From: Amphiscolops sp. MND2022
Lineage: Eukaryota
Length of the DNA: 64,000 nt
Assembly (NCBI GenBank): GCA_964187785.1
Contig: OZ076410.1
Span: 77,562,001-77,626,000, forward strand
Direction of reading: 5' to 3'
Positions 21,663 to 35,219 of the stretch are shown piece after piece. A model generated the notes under the pieces. The model searched no databases, had not been told where the DNA came from, and saw only the letters and a program-made list of their open reading frames with translations. Position numbers and translations under genes: made by a program. Position 1 is the first letter of the stretch; each line of letters begins with the position of its first letter.

Positions 21663-22900
21663 AGCGTGCAATGTTTTTTGTGCGTAATTTGTTGAAATTA
21701 AACACATCTTTGTCTCAATTAACTATCAATGATAATCTTTTTCCCTTGAAGTGGATGATTTAACAGGTCAACAAATGAATTTTTATGATTACCTGTCATA
21801 AGCGTGTTTCACTTTTCGATCAAAGTACTAAAACTGGTTTTGTAGTCGAACTGATTCTGATTGTGATTCATCGTTTCACCGGCATTCCTGTAACATTAAC
21901 AGGAACAGTGTCCGCGAAAAGAAAAAGTCTTGAAAGTACCTTCAAAACACTACATGGAGCTCCATTCGTCATATAATTGATGGAAGAACGGAGTTAAATA
22001 TAGATTTGATAAATTTCGATAGAGTAAAAATTTTCCTCCTGGAGACGCAAAACATTAACCTGGTTTTGTATGAAAGATAAGCTACAATTAAAAAAATTAA
22101 ATGTACACCCAACAAAAAGAATTATCTACTGAAATATATGCAACATACGTAAATCTTTGTAATGCTTGCTTCATACTCAACTAATGATATCTTGTAAATC
22201 ATTGCATTGGAATAACGAACGTCCCTAGAATAGTCGTTTATTGTTTCATTTGGAAATTGACTGGACACATTTGGCGCTATATTTAGACTTTTATTGCGGC
22301 CCAATGAAAACACCCAATGCTGCAGTCGAAAATCCGAAGGCTCCCGTATGTCTGATAATTGCCCATCCGTGGATTGAAATGCATATCCAAAATCAAGGAA
22401 ATTTCTAATAGTGAAAATATTTCGCCATGTTATTGAAGTCAGCTTTGTAAAGATACTTGTTCCAACGCCATCTGCTCTTTGTGTTTCCTGTTTAGGATTG
22501 TTTCGTTTCATATATCGATCCGCATAATGCAACACAACATCACTTCGTCCCGTGACTCAAGAGTTGCTATTAGTCTTCAATTTAATGACACTCGGAATTT
22601 TTGCGGTCTTTTGTCATAGTCTTTCCTGGTGAACCAGTTTTTTGGATTTTTCTTCAGTAGTTAATTTAAGCTTTTCCCAACTGTGTGGAGAAAGATTCAA
22701 AATACTAAAAGTGTCGACCATGGAAATGTTTTCCCATGGATTTCCACTTTTTCATGTCTTGTCAAAAATGTCCAATGAAATTTTCCATTCATTTTTTCAA
22801 ATATTTGTGATGCTTGAAACACGTTTCATCAATTTTTCGAATGTTTCAGATCATTTATAAGTCTTTTTTAAATATTTCGATTTCTCGAAACTTTGCATGT
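21663..22900 (-). mobile_element. Polinton-like fragment, inverted continuation of the right arm (copy in unit B at about 27719-28960)
   Basis: Reverse complement of 6164-7140, extending beyond the Gypsy insertion point. Confidence 0.75.
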
Positions 22901-23139
22901 GGAGATCAGGGGGGGGTGTCTGCACTTTTTCGAAGATTTTTTCCTGAATTTCAAAAATTTTCGGGATTGAGTGTGTGAATCATTTATTTGCTCGGAAATT
23001 CCGTTGGGCCGAAAAATTTTTTGGACCCCCCCCCGTCCTGGGGATCCTCTTGTATAACAACTCACCTCTCGCCTGGATCTGGATATATGCCCTATTTTTA
23101 GACATGGGGGTCCCCTACCCCCAGTTTGATTGGCTGAAC

Positions 23140-23266
23140 TATAACTACTTATGTTCTTATACTCCTAGTGCCCTAAATGCAGGAGCATGCCATCTGGCGT
23201 GACATATGGCCATGCCTCAATGTTGCTACTTGTCGAAGGGAGCGAAGCGACCAAGCCATACAACAA
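23140..23266 (-). mobile_element. Short dispersed non-autonomous repeat, possibly Helentron/DINE-like (copies at about 29198-29325, 34789-34915, and inverted at 60248-60392)
   Basis: GGCTCGGTCGCTTCGCTCCCTTCG core, GCTTC microsatellite in the 60-kb copy, end motif GAACATAGCTGACTACGTTATA. Family assignment is inference. Confidence 0.5.
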
Positions 23267-23570
23267 ATATGAAGCCTTTTTTTGGACTTGTGCAACCCAA
23301 AGTCATTTTCGGACTTGCGCAACCCAAATTTATTTTCGGGTTTGTGAATAGTCGCCAAATATTGGCCTAAAATTCTGAAGACAGATGACCACGAAACTGA
23401 ACCAAGTCCATTCTAACTCAAGAAATAGCTAAAAACAACTGACTAAAAATCAAACTGTTTTGAATTTTTACCGAAATGTTTGAGAAACAAAAATTGTTAC
23501 GAAATGTTTATCAACTTGGTTTTTTGGTCCGGTTGCTTGAATCATTTATTGAGGCAATATTGGCTCATTA

Positions 23571-24330
23571 TAGTAGTAGTAGTAGTATAAGGCTCAATTC
23601 CTAAAAACCGGAGGCATATACACTATACAAAGATTAGAAATGGATAACAAAAACAGATTACGAGCGACATATAGCACATGTACACTTCGAACAAAAAGAG
23701 CACGAAATACTAATACTGAATGCTGGGATCTGAGATTGCAGGAAATTATATAAGCCCCTTTTAATTTTGAGAAGTTCCATGGCGAAGTCGACAATTATCA
23801 GTCTGATTAATTGATTAGCATATCGAGGGCCACAATCATAGAAATTGTTATCTGAGCTGAATTTATCTGCTTGAATGAGTTGATGACAAATGGGCAACAA
23901 TGAGAATTGGTTTAAGGCATCATTATAGGAGGAGCAAGAGCAAACCCAGCGCATTACTTTGTTTTGAAATGACTCCAATTTCTTCATGTAAGTAATTGAA
24001 GGGCTCCGTGCACAAGATCCATAGAGAAGAATGGGCAAGATGAGACTGGTATAGAGCAGTGAATTCCGCGAGACTGAAACACTATAAGGAAAGTTACGTT
24101 TTAGGTGGAATACTTTAGAACGTTTACTGGTTTTAGAGTCAATATGTTTATTCCAGCTAAGATTGTTGGACGCGATGATACCCAAATTTGCTCAATAGAA
24201 GGTAAAAGTTGATCGCCCAAGGGGAAGTTGATGTCGTTAAAACCAAAAAACAGAATTTTGCATTTCGAGGGCTGAAATTGCAAACCATTGTCCATGGACC
24301 ATTTGTAAAGCGCTACGTTGTTCTCTTTTG
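23571..24330 (-). mobile_element. CR1/L2-group LINE 3' fragment with (CTA)n tail (unit A; internally deleted relative to B and C)
   Basis: (TAG)n at 23571-23587 on +; NNLSWNKHI, LYTSLILPILLYGSC, KLESFQNKVMRW. Confidence 0.85.
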
Positions 24331-24339
24331 ATGATGAAT

Positions 24340-24990
24340 CGGACATTTGGATACACAAAATCATAGAAAATCCTCTCAAATATCAATGATAGAACAAGTA
24401 AAATACTGATTGGGCGATATGTTGAAACTTTAAAGCCCCTTTCGTGCGGGCATGTTTAGCACCGAATAAGGAATCATGAGTAGCTAGAGAATAATTTACA
24501 CTCTTCAATAATAAGATGTTGTAGCTAGTCGAAACGTCCGCTAGTTCGTATGAATTCAACCAGATTTACACAATCTCGTCAGTCATAGAGGCTGAAAGTT
24601 TTTGCGGGTTGGTTCGTAGCTTCGTATACGTCGAATAAAAAGTTATTAGCAGTTTCTTCACTTTCTTTGCAAGGGCAAAGCGGGCTAGCAATTAGACTTC
24701 TATAGTAGGAGAAATTATTCATTGAGGGGTGGATATCCAGTAGTAGTTCAATAGCAGTCCACATTTCTTGTTTAGTAGCCTTTACTTTCATCACCATTGG
24801 GTCATTGTCTACTCTATGTACAAGATTCTTTAGGTGTGTAGCAAAATCCGGGTATTGCCATCTGGAGTTCCATCTAAGAAGGATGTGACTTCTACTCACA
24901 CCTTCGTTGTAGCTATGGTGTCAGATAAATCGATGTTTTTCAGGTTGTAAAATTAGCTTCATTATGTTTCTCTGAGTGATGATGAAAGTT
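24340..24990 (-). mobile_element. Second LINE fragment, post-RNase H C-terminus with zinc knuckle (I/R1/Tad-like); copies at about 30820-31490 and 36405-37080
   Basis: SPLCPCKE(S/T)EETANNFLFD(C) matches the C-x-C-x7/8-H-x4-C pattern with H changed to N. Confidence 0.6.
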
Positions 24991-25397
24991 ATTGAGGGGG
25001 TAGTAGAACATAGCTGACTACGTTATAGGATCATTTTCGACAAATTCTGCCTCGCGTTTTGAACTTAGTGATTTTCAGACAAATAGTATTGAGCAAAGTG
25101 ACTAATTACCTTAGACATTTGGGTGACAAATTTAAAACCAAGAGACAAGATTCATGAGGCCAAATGAATCTAGGCCAGATGACTTTAAGCGAAGTTACCA
25201 TTTACGCTTGGTGGAATGTGTGATCTGTAACCTTTGCGAAGGATGAGTTCCTACAAAGTCCGCTAATTCAATACAAGCAGAGACGCGCAGCCTCGCTGAA
25301 TTTCGATGTGCTGGGTTCTCAGCAGCAAATGTTGACCCTCCATGCAACGCTGGACTTTCAGACAGATTGTTCGATTCAGGCATCTTTTATCTGAAAA

Positions 25398-25722
25398 GGG
25401 TTCCTGAGAACAAAAAAGGGACAGTTTGCCGAAACCCAGGTTGCCGAAATCGGCAAATTGTCCCTACTTTGCCCAGTTTGCCGACAAAAAAATTGGCAAA
25501 CTGTCCCTCGGATTCTTCAATATGGGATTCGGCAAACTGGGTTTCGGCAAAACGGGTATATACCCCTGAATATGGGACAGTTTGCCGAAACCCAGTTTGC
25601 CAAATTTGGCAAATTGTCCCTACTTTGGTGCCCAGTTTGCCAAAAAAATTTGGCACACTGTCCCTCGGATTCGGAAAATTAGGTTTCGGCAAACTAGGTA
25701 TCGGCAAACTGGGCATATACCC
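25398..25722. mobile_element. Foldback MITE made of two quasi-palindromic units of about 155 bp (copies 31896-32217, 37507-37828)
   Basis: TTGCCGAAACCCAG / CTGGGTTTCGGCAA arrays; CTGAAAA on both flanks as a possible degenerate TSD. Confidence 0.7.
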
Positions 25723-26498
25723 TGAAAACTCGAATACCTCACTAGTTGGATGTAATCTTGACAACCAAAGTTCAAGATGTTTGTCAAAACACGTCGACAA
25801 CTACATTCTGGTGCCTACTCCTATCTTTGCTTTTTTGGGAAAAATCATTCTGAAGGATCAAACGTTGAAAGTTATCGCCCGTGATGCGTGATAATCAATA
25901 CGCGTTTTCGCGACGGTGTCAGCGAACATTCACAGCTCAATCTTGAGGAAATACTGCAACCAGTTCGATCGCCGACTGTCCACGATTTGCTTCAAGTTCG
26001 ACAAGCATAACGATCGGAAAGGAGTTGTAATGGTTGTAGGAGACGACAAGACTTCTGAGTTGTTGGGATATTTTTGGATCGAACTTCTGTGCGAGCGAAA
26101 AACGAGATCGAAAATGGATCGAAAGTTGAGATCGAACTCTTCCGTTTTTGCTAGGTTATTGCTCCTGCAAAGCTTTTAGAAGTGTTTCAATTGTTTTAGG
26201 TACTTTTCCCCACGTAATATGGGGTCAAATACGGTGTCTGCACGCTCGCCCTCACCGTCGCAAAGACCAGCTCCCACTACAATCGCTTCGCGATGTCCCT
26301 TCCTGCAAGGTCTTTGCTTCTGTTGGACCTCGCTCAACAACAAGTGAACATAAGCGGCCCCAAGGGGCCGCGGGGCACTAGAGGAAATGGGGCCATATCC
26401 GAGGGCCAAAAAGTTATTATTTGAAAACGCTAGGTAATTGAAAACATTGATTCGATTTCCTTTTCTCCGACCATTTTACTTCGATCTCAGTGACAGAT

Positions 26499-26645
26499 TG
26501 TCTTATGAATGTAATAAATTTGTAGTTATTAGTACTGGTATATATTTGTCATTGTGTTATTTATGTTAGCCTGATTGTTGTATGTATGCTTCAGATGAAT
26601 GCTTCTCAAATAGAATTCCTGCAAGTAGTGTTTTCCCTCACGACA
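26499..26645 (+). repeat. Gypsy 5' LTR copy (unit B)
   Basis: Homologous to 20443-20589. Confidence 0.88.
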
Positions 26646-27310
26646 ATTCTGTTTGATAATTCCGCTTGCGTTATCACCTCTTCAAGTCCTCGCCCACTCG
26701 TCCCCTGATTATCACGGATTCACAAGGAAGGAACCTGACATTCCCTAACACTCAAACTCGTGCCAAGAACATCTCCGATCTTGCTGTAGCAGCCTCTGAA
26801 GTTGCACTCAGAATATCGTTATAGCGGTTTTCCCCGGCTGAACATCCCTGATAAAGCCAAGGCATCAATTCGACTCCTAGAAAGCAACAACGATAGCCGG
26901 TGGCTTTACAGAGGCAAATCTCGAAGCGTCTACAGCGTCGAAAAGCCAATTACCAGAGCCGACATCCACCTCGAGCCAAAGGCCGTCAGTGGAACTCGTT
27001 CTATCTTAAAGAATCGAGTGCTTCGGAAAACCTTCTGCACCCAGATCGACAAACGAGGTCACCCCTAACATACGATTGCTGTCGGGGTCATTACACTTGC
27101 CCGCGCTACATCACTTAAGCTGCCTTCAGGTAAGCGACTTCAATATTCTGCTACTACGGTACTTCCTCATGTTCTTCGTAGCTGTTGACCTTTCTGCCAC
27201 TACGGTACATTCTTGAGTTCCTCGTAGCTATTGTCCATTCTGCTACTACGGGAGTTTCTTAAGTTCCTCGTAGCAATTGTCTAAGCGCTGTATTCCTTTT
27301 TCTGTCTCTC

Positions 27311-27718
27311 ATGAAGTTCAAACCACCCGACTTGCCACTAAATCTTTCTCCCGAGACGTGGAAAAGGTGGACGAAAAGTTTCGAGGACGGTTTACGTATC
27401 AACGGCACAACCGAAGATGCTGACAAATTAGTTTTCCTTCGTACATTTGTCGGCTCCGGCTATTTCACCCTCTTCGAAAGTTTTGCAACGTTTGCAGACG
27501 CTCTGAGAACGTTGAACAGGCAGTTTCCGAAGCCCACGAGAAGGCTCTTTGCCCGTCATCAAATGCTCAGTGCCAGTCAGAAGGACGACGAGTCCATTAT
27601 ACAGTTTTCTCGAAGGCTGAAACGACTTGTTGAAGACTGCGAATGCACCAGTCTGACCGGCCAAGCACATAAAGACTATCTATTACGAGACGCCTTAAAA
27701 TCAGGGATCATGTCTAAC
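27311..27718 (+). pseudogene. gag: Truncated Gypsy gag (unit B)
   Basis: Near-identical to the unit A gag, with the same Polinton junction. Confidence 0.85.
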
Positions 27719-29629
27719 AGTGTGCAGTGTTTTTTGTGCGTAATTTGTTGAAATTAAACACATCTCTGTCTCAATTAACTATCAATGATAATCTTTTTCC
27801 CTTGAAGTGGATGATTTAACAGGTCAACAAATGAATTTTATGATTACCTGTCATAAGCGTGTTTCACTTTTCGAGCAAAGTACTAAAACTGGTTGTGTAG
27901 TCGAACCGAATCTGATTGTGATTCATCGTTTGAGCGGCATTCCTGTAACATTAACGGGAACAGTGTCCCCGAAAAAAAGTGTCTTGAAAGTACCTTCAAA
28001 ACACTACATGGAGCTCCATTCGTCATATAATTGATGGAAGAACGGAGTTAAATATAGATTTGATACATTTCGATAGATTGTATAGTAAAAATTTTCCTCC
28101 TGGAGACGCAAAACGTTAACCTGGTTTTGTATGAAAGATAGGCTACAATTTAAAAAAATTCAATGTACACTCAACAAAAAGAATTATCTACTGAAATATA
28201 TGCAATATACGTAAATCTTTGTATTGCTTGCTTCATACTCAACTAATGACATCTTGTAAATCACTGCATTGGAATAACGAACGTCCCTAGAATAGTCGTT
28301 TATTGTTTCATTTGGAAATTGACTGGACACATGTGGCGCTATATTTAGACTTTTATTGCGGCCCAATGAAAACACCCAATGCTGCAGTCGAAAATCCGAA
28401 GGCTCCCGTATGTCTGATAATTGCCCATCCGTGGATTGAAATGCATATCCAAAATCAAGGAAATTTCTAATATTGAAAATATTTCGCCATGTTATTGAAG
28501 TCAGCTTTGTAAAGATAATTGTTCCAACGCCATCTGCTCTTTGTGTTTCCTGTTTAGGATTGTTTCGTTTCATATATCGATCCGCATAATGCGACACAAC
28601 ATCACTTCGTCCCGTGACTCAAGAGTTGCTATTAGTCTTCAATTTAATGACACTCGGAATTTTTGCGGTCTTTCGTTATAGTCTTTCCTGGTGAAACAGT
28701 ATTTTTGGATTTTTCTTCAGTAGTTAATTTAAGTTTTTCCCAACTGTGTGGAGAAAGATTCAAAATACTAAAAGTGTCGACCATGGAAATGTTTTCCCAT
28801 GGATTTCCACTTTTTCATGTCCTGTCAAAATGTCCAATGAATTTTTCCATTAATTTTTTTAAATATTTGTGATGGTTGAAACACGTTTCCTCAATTTTTC
28901 GAATGTTTCAGATCATTTATAAGTCTTTTTCAATTTTTTCGATTTCTCGAAATTTTGCATGTGGAGATCAGGGGGGGGTGTCAGCACTTTTTCGAAGATT
29001 TTTTCCCGGATTTCAAAAATTTTCGGGATTGAGTGTGTGAATCATTTATTTGCTCGGAAATTCCGTTGGGCCGAAAATTTTTTTGGACCCCCCGTCCTGG
29101 GGACCCTCGTGTATAACAACTCACCTCTTGCCTGGATCTGGATCTATGCCCTATCTTTATACATGGGTTCCCCTACCCCCAGTCTGATCGGCTGAACTAT
29201 AAGTACTTATGTTCTTATACTCCTAGTGCCCTAAATGCAGGAGCATGCCATCTGGCGTGCCATATGGCTATGCCTCAATGTTGCTACTTGTCGAAGGGAG
29301 CGAAGCGACCAAGCCATACAACAAATATGAAGCATTTTTTTTGGATTTGTGCAACCCAAATTCATTTTCGGACTTGCGCAACCCAAATTTATTTTCGGGT
29401 TTGTGAATAGTTGCCAAATATTGGCCTGATATTTTGAAGAAAGATGACCACAAATTTGAACCAAGTCCATTCTAACTCAAGAAATAGCTAAAAACAACTG
29501 ACTAAAAATCAAACTGGTTTGAATTTTTAACGAAATGTTTGAGGAACAAAAATTGTTACGAAATGTTTATCAAATTGATTTTTTGGTCCGGTTGCTTGAA
29601 TCATTTATTGAGGCAATATTGGCTCATTA

Positions 29630-30800
29630 TAGTAGTAGTAGTAGTATAAGGCTCAATTCCTAAAAACCGGAGGCATATATACTATACAAAGTTGAGAAAT
29701 GGATAACAAAAAGAGATTACGAGCGACATATAGCACATATACACTTCGAACAAAAAGAGCACAAAATATTAAAGCTGAATGCTGGGATCTGAGATTGCAG
29801 GAAATTATAAAAGCTCCTTTTAATTTTGAAAAGTTCCATGGTTAAGTCGACAATTATCAGTCTGATTAATTGATTAGCATGTCGAGGGGCACGATCAAAG
29901 AAATTGTTATCTGACCTGAATTTATCAAATTTGAGGACTTTGAAGTTACCCAATGAGGATGAACTCATCTGCTTGAATGAGTTGATGACAACTGGGCAAC
30001 AATGAGAATTGGTTTAGGGCATCATTATAGGAGGAGCAAGAGCAAACCCAGCGCATTACTTTGTTTTGAAATGACTCCAATTTCTTCATGTAAGTAATTG
30101 AAGGGCTCCGTGCACAAGATCCATAGAGAAGAATGGGCAAGATGAGACTGGTATAGAGCAGTGAATTCCGCGAGACTGAAACACTATAAGGAAAGTTACG
30201 TTTTAGGTGGAATACTTTAGAACATTTACTGGTTTTAGAGTCAATATGTTTATTCCAGCTAAGATTGTTGGACGCGATGATACCCAAATTTGCTCAATAG
30301 AAGGTAAAAGTTGATCGCCCAAGGGGAAGTTGATGTCGTTAAAACCAAAAAACAGAATTTTGCATTTCGAGGGCTGAAATTGCAAACCATTGTCCATGGA
30401 CCATTTGTAAAGCGGTACGATGTCTTTTTTGATATGGGACTTGCATGAAAGAGATAATAAGTTAGAGTCATCAGCAAACAAGAAAAATGATTGTGTTGAA
30501 CAAAATCAGGCAGGTCGTTAATGAAGAGTAGAAAGAGGGGCCTAAAAGACTGCCTTGGGGAACTCCGGATGTAATTGGAAGAGGAAGCAAAGACTGTGGT
30601 TGATTTTCACACATTGCGTACGGTTGTCGAGATATGTGGTTAAAAGAATAATGAAATCGGAGTCAAAACCAAAATTTCGGAGCTTGTTTAGAAAAAGGTG
30701 ATGAGGTAGAGAATCAAACGCTTTCTTTTTATCAAAGTATATGGAAAGGCATGGGATATTCAAATTGCGTGCTTTATAGCTGAGTTACTGTACTTCTAGA
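29630..30800 (-). mobile_element. CR1/L2-group LINE RT fragment (unit B)
   Basis: IYFD..KAFDSLPH..L..KLRNFG, GVPQGS (shifted frame), FADDS, KWSMDNGLQFQPSKCKIL; (TAG)n tail at 29630-29646. Confidence 0.9.
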
Positions 30801-32959
30801 CTTCATGAACCCTTGTTGTTCTCTTTTGATGATGAATCGGACATTTGAATACACAAAATCATAGAGAATCCTCTCAAATATCAATGATAGAACAGGTAAA
30901 ATACTGATTGGGCGATAGTTTGAAACTTTAAAGCCCCTTTCGTGCGGGCATGTTTAGCACCGAATAAGGAATCATGAGTAGCTAGAGAATAATTTACACT
31001 CTTCAATAATAAGATGTTGTAGCTAGTCGAAACGTCCGCTAGTTCGTATGAATTCAACCAGATTTACACAATCTCGTCAGTCATAGAGGCTGAAAGTTTT
31101 TGCGGGTTGGTTCGTAGCTTCGTATACGTCGAATAAAAAGTTATTAGCAGTTTCTTCACTTTCTTTGCAAGGGCAAAGCGGGCTAGCATTTAGACTTCTA
31201 TAGTAGGCGAAATTATTCATTGAGGGGTGGATATCCAGTAGTAGTTCAATAGCAGTCCACATTTCTTGTTTAGTAGCCTTTACTTTCATCACCATTGGGT
31301 CATTGTCTACTCTATGTACAAGATTCTTTAGGTCTGTAGCAAAATCCGGGTATTGCCATCTGGAGTTCCATCTAAGAAGGATGTGACTTCTACTCACACC
31401 TTCGTTGTAGCTATGGTGTCAGATAAATCGATGTTTTTCAGATTGTAAAATTAGCTTCATTATGTTTCTCTGAGTGGTGATGAATGTTATTGAGGGGGTA
31501 GTAGAACATAGCTGACTACGTTATAGGATCATTTTCGACAAATTCTGCCTCGCGTTTTGAACTTAGTGATTTTCAGACAAATAGTATTGAGCAAAGTGAC
31601 TAATTACCTTAGACATTTTGGTGACAAATTTAAAACCAAGAGACAAGGTTCATGAGGCCAAATGAATCGAGGCCAGATGACTTTATGCGAAGTTATCATT
31701 TACGCTTGGTGGAATGTGTGATCTGTAACCTTTGCGAAGGATGAGTTCCTACAAAGTCCGCTAATTCAATACAAGCAGAGACGCGCAGCCTCGCTGAATT
31801 TCGATGTGCTAGGTTCTCAGCAGCAAATGTTGACCCTCCATGCAACGCTGGACTTTCAGACAGATTGTTCAATTCAGGCATCTTTTATCTGAAAAGGGTT
31901 CCTGAGAACAAATAAGGGACAGTTTGCCGAAACCCAGGTTGCCGAAGTTGGCAAATTGTCCCTACTTTGCCCAGTTTGCCGAGAAAAAATTGGCAAACTG
32001 TCCCTCGGATTCTTCAATATGGGTTTCGGCAAACTGGGTTTCGGCCAAACGGGTATATACCCCTGAATATGGGACAGTTTGCCGAAACCCAGTTTGCCGA
32101 ATTTGGCAAATTGTCCCTATTTTGCCCAGTTTGCCGAAACAAATTTGGCACACTGTCCCTCGGATTCGGAAAATTAGGTTTCGGAAAACTGGGTTTCGGC
32201 AAACTGGGTATACACCCTGAAAACTTGCATACCTCACTAGTTGGATGTTATCTTAAAAACCAAAGTTCAAGATGTTTGTCAAAACACGTCGAAAACTACA
32301 TTCTGGTGCCTACTCCTATTTTTGCTTTTTGGGAAAAATCATTCTGAAGGATCAAACGTTGAAAGTTATCGCCCGTGATGCGTGATAATCAATACACGTT
32401 TTCGCGACGGTGTCAGCGAACATTCAAAGCTCAATCTTGAGGAAATACCGCAACCGAAAAGTGAGTTCGATCGCCGACTGTCCTCGATTTGCTTCAAGTT
32501 CGACAAGCATAACGTTCGGAAAGGAGTTGTAATGGTTGTAGGAGACGACAAGTCTTCTGAGTTGGTGGGATATTTTTGGATCAAACTTCTGTGCGAGCGA
32601 AAAACTAGATCGAAAATGGGTCGAAAGTTGAGATCGAACTCTTCCGTTTTTGCTAGGTTATTGCACCTGCAAAGCTTTTAGAAGTGTTTAAATTGTTTTA
32701 GGTACTTTTCACCACCTAATAAGGGGTCAAATACGGTGTATGCACGCTTCGCGATCTCCCTTCCTGCAAGGTCTTTGCTTCTGTTGGATCTCGCTCAACA
32801 ACAAGTGAACATAAGCGGCCCCAAGGGGCCGCGGGTCACTAGAGGAAATGGGGCCATATCCGAGGGCCAAAAAATTATTATTTGAAAACGCTAGGTATTT
32901 GAAAACATTGATTCGATTTCATTTTCTCCGACCATTTTACTTCGATCTCAGTGACAGAT

Positions 32960-33106
32960 TGTCATTTGAAGGTAATAAATTGGTAGTTATTAGTACTGGT
33001 ATATATTTGTCAGTGTGTTAATTATGTTAGCCTAACTGTTGTATGTATGCTTCAGATGAATGCTTCTCAAATAGAATTCCTGCAAGTAGTGTTTTCACTC
33101 ACGACA
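32960..33106 (+). repeat. Gypsy 5' LTR copy (unit C)
   Basis: Homologous to the other LTR copies. Confidence 0.88.
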
Positions 33107-33776
33107 AATCTGTTTGATAATTCCGCTTGCGTTATCACCTCTTCAAGACCTCGCCCACTCGTCCCTTGATTATCACGGATTCACAAGGAAGGAACCTGAC
33201 ATTCCCTAACACTCAAACTCTTGCCAGGAACATCTCCGATCTTGCTGTAGCAGCCTCTGAAGTTGCACTCAGAATATCGTTATAGCGGTTTTCCCCGGCT
33301 GAACATCCCTGATAAAGGCGAGGCATCAATTCGACTCCTAGAAAGCAACAACGATAGCCGGTGGCTTTACAGAGGCAAATCCCGAAGCGTCTACAGCGTC
33401 GAAAAGCCTATTACCAGAGACGAAATCCACCTCGAGCCAAAGGCCGTCAGTGGAATTCGCTCTATCCTAAAGAATAGAGTGCTTCGGAAAACCTTCTGCA
33501 CCCAGATCGACAAACGAGGTCACCCCTAACATACGATTGCTGTCGGGGTCATTACACTTGCCCGCGCTACATCACTTAAGCTGCCTTCAGGTAAGCGACT
33601 TCAATATTCTGCTACTACGGTACTTCCTCATGTTCTTCGTAGCTGTTGACCTTTCTGCCACTACGGTACATTCTTAAGTTCCTCGTAGCTATTGTCCATT
33701 CTGCTACTACGGGAGTTTCTTAAGTTCCTCGTAGCAATTGTCTAAGCGCTGTATTCCTCTGTATTTTCTGTCTCTC

Positions 33777-34612
33777 ATGAAGTTCAAACCACCCGACTTG
33801 CCACTAAATCTTTCTCCCGAGACGTGGAAAAGGTGGACGAAAAGTTTCGAGGACGGTTTACGTATCAACGGCACAACCGAAGATGCTGACAAATTAGTTT
33901 TCCTTCGTACATTTGTCGGCTCCGGCTATTTCACCCTCTTCGAAAGTTTTGCAACGTTAGCAGACGCTCTGAGAACGTTGAACAGGCAGTTTCCGAAGCC
34001 CACGAGAAGGCTCTTTGCCCGTCATCAAATGCTCAGTGCCAGTCAGAAGGACGACGAGTCCATTATACAGTTTTCAAGAAGGCCGAAACGACTTGTTGAA
34101 GACTGCGAATGCACCAGTCTGACCGGCCAAGCACATGAAGACTATCTATTACGAGACGCCTTAAAATCAGGGATCATGTCTAACGACATTCGGGCAAGGT
34201 TGTTGTAGCTGGAAGACTCCAAGGCCGACATCGATAGCTGCATATCGCTTGCATGTGCTATCGAACTCTCCAGTGACTTTTCGACTGTTATATGCGCCGG
34301 GATCAATGAATTGGTCTTCCCGGAAATGAAAGTCTTCCCTCCGATCATACGCTCCAGTTCAGTCAAGAGTGCCAAACCAATCGCTATAAAATTGCGCCGC
34401 CACAAAGTGCAAGACTTCGCTTTCATGTAGTCCGAGCTTACCCTCATGCTCACTGAGCGCAAGTTTTAAGTTTCAACGTCTCCCTGGCGGGCACAAGCCT
34501 TTCTCGTTAAGGACGGGTTCCAAGCCCCGGATGGTGATCGACTATTCGCAGACAATAAATCGTCATACGTCCAAGGATACGTATTGATCAAGCAGCTGAT
34601 AATACTGTTTTT
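33777..34612 (+). pseudogene. gag: Gypsy gag plus start of RT (unit C), protease region missing
   Basis: gag continues as NDIRARLL*LEDSKADID, then jumps to the RT N-terminus SPWRAQAFLVK..VIDYSQTINR; broken at about 34612. Confidence 0.82.
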
Positions 34613-35219
34613 TGCATAGAGTGTGTGAATCATTTATTTGCTCGGAAATTCCGTTGGACCGAAATTTTTTTTGGACCCCCCCGTCATGGGGACCCTCGTG
34701 TATAACAACTCACCTCTTGCCTGGATCTGGATCTATGCCCTATCTTTATACATGGGGGTCCCCTACCCCCCAGTCTGATCGGCTGAACTATAACTACTTA
34801 TGTTCTTATACTCCTAGTGCCCTAAATACAGGAGCATGCCATCTGGCGTGCCATATGGCTATGCCTCAATGTTGCTACTTGTCGAAGGGAGCGAAGCGAC
34901 CAAGCCATACAACAAATATGAAGCATTTTTTTGGATTTGTGCAACCCAAATTCATTTTCGGACTTGCGCAACCCAACTTTATTTTCGAGTTTGTAAATAG
35001 CTGCCAAATATTGGCCTAAAATTTTGAAAACAGATGACCACGAAATTGAACCAAGTCCATTCTAACTCAAGATATAGCTAAAAACAACTGAGTAAAAATC
35101 AGACTGGTTTGAATTTTTAACGAAATGTTTGAGAAACAAAAATTGTTACGAAGTGTTTATCAAATTGGTTTTTTGGTCCGGTTGCTTAAATCATTTATTG
35201 AGGCAATATTGGCTCATTA

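Noticed and set aside
25195-25400. Host exon after a TTTTCAG acceptor on the minus strand
   Set aside because: All frames from that acceptor hit stops, and the AG lies at the MITE insertion flank.
25367-25891. ORFs rich in GFGKLG/FAETQFA (also about 31924-32347 and 37476-37850)
   Set aside because: By-products of the stop-poor foldback repeat on both strands.
26176-26409. AIVVGAGL as an FAD-binding Rossmann motif
   Set aside because: GxGxxG is incomplete, there is no downstream fold support, and the segment is deleted in unit B.
26752-26949. ENRYNDIL as a protein tyrosine phosphatase motif 1
   Set aside because: Lacks the following PYD..RV and all other PTP motifs; it is the antisense of a retroelement leader.
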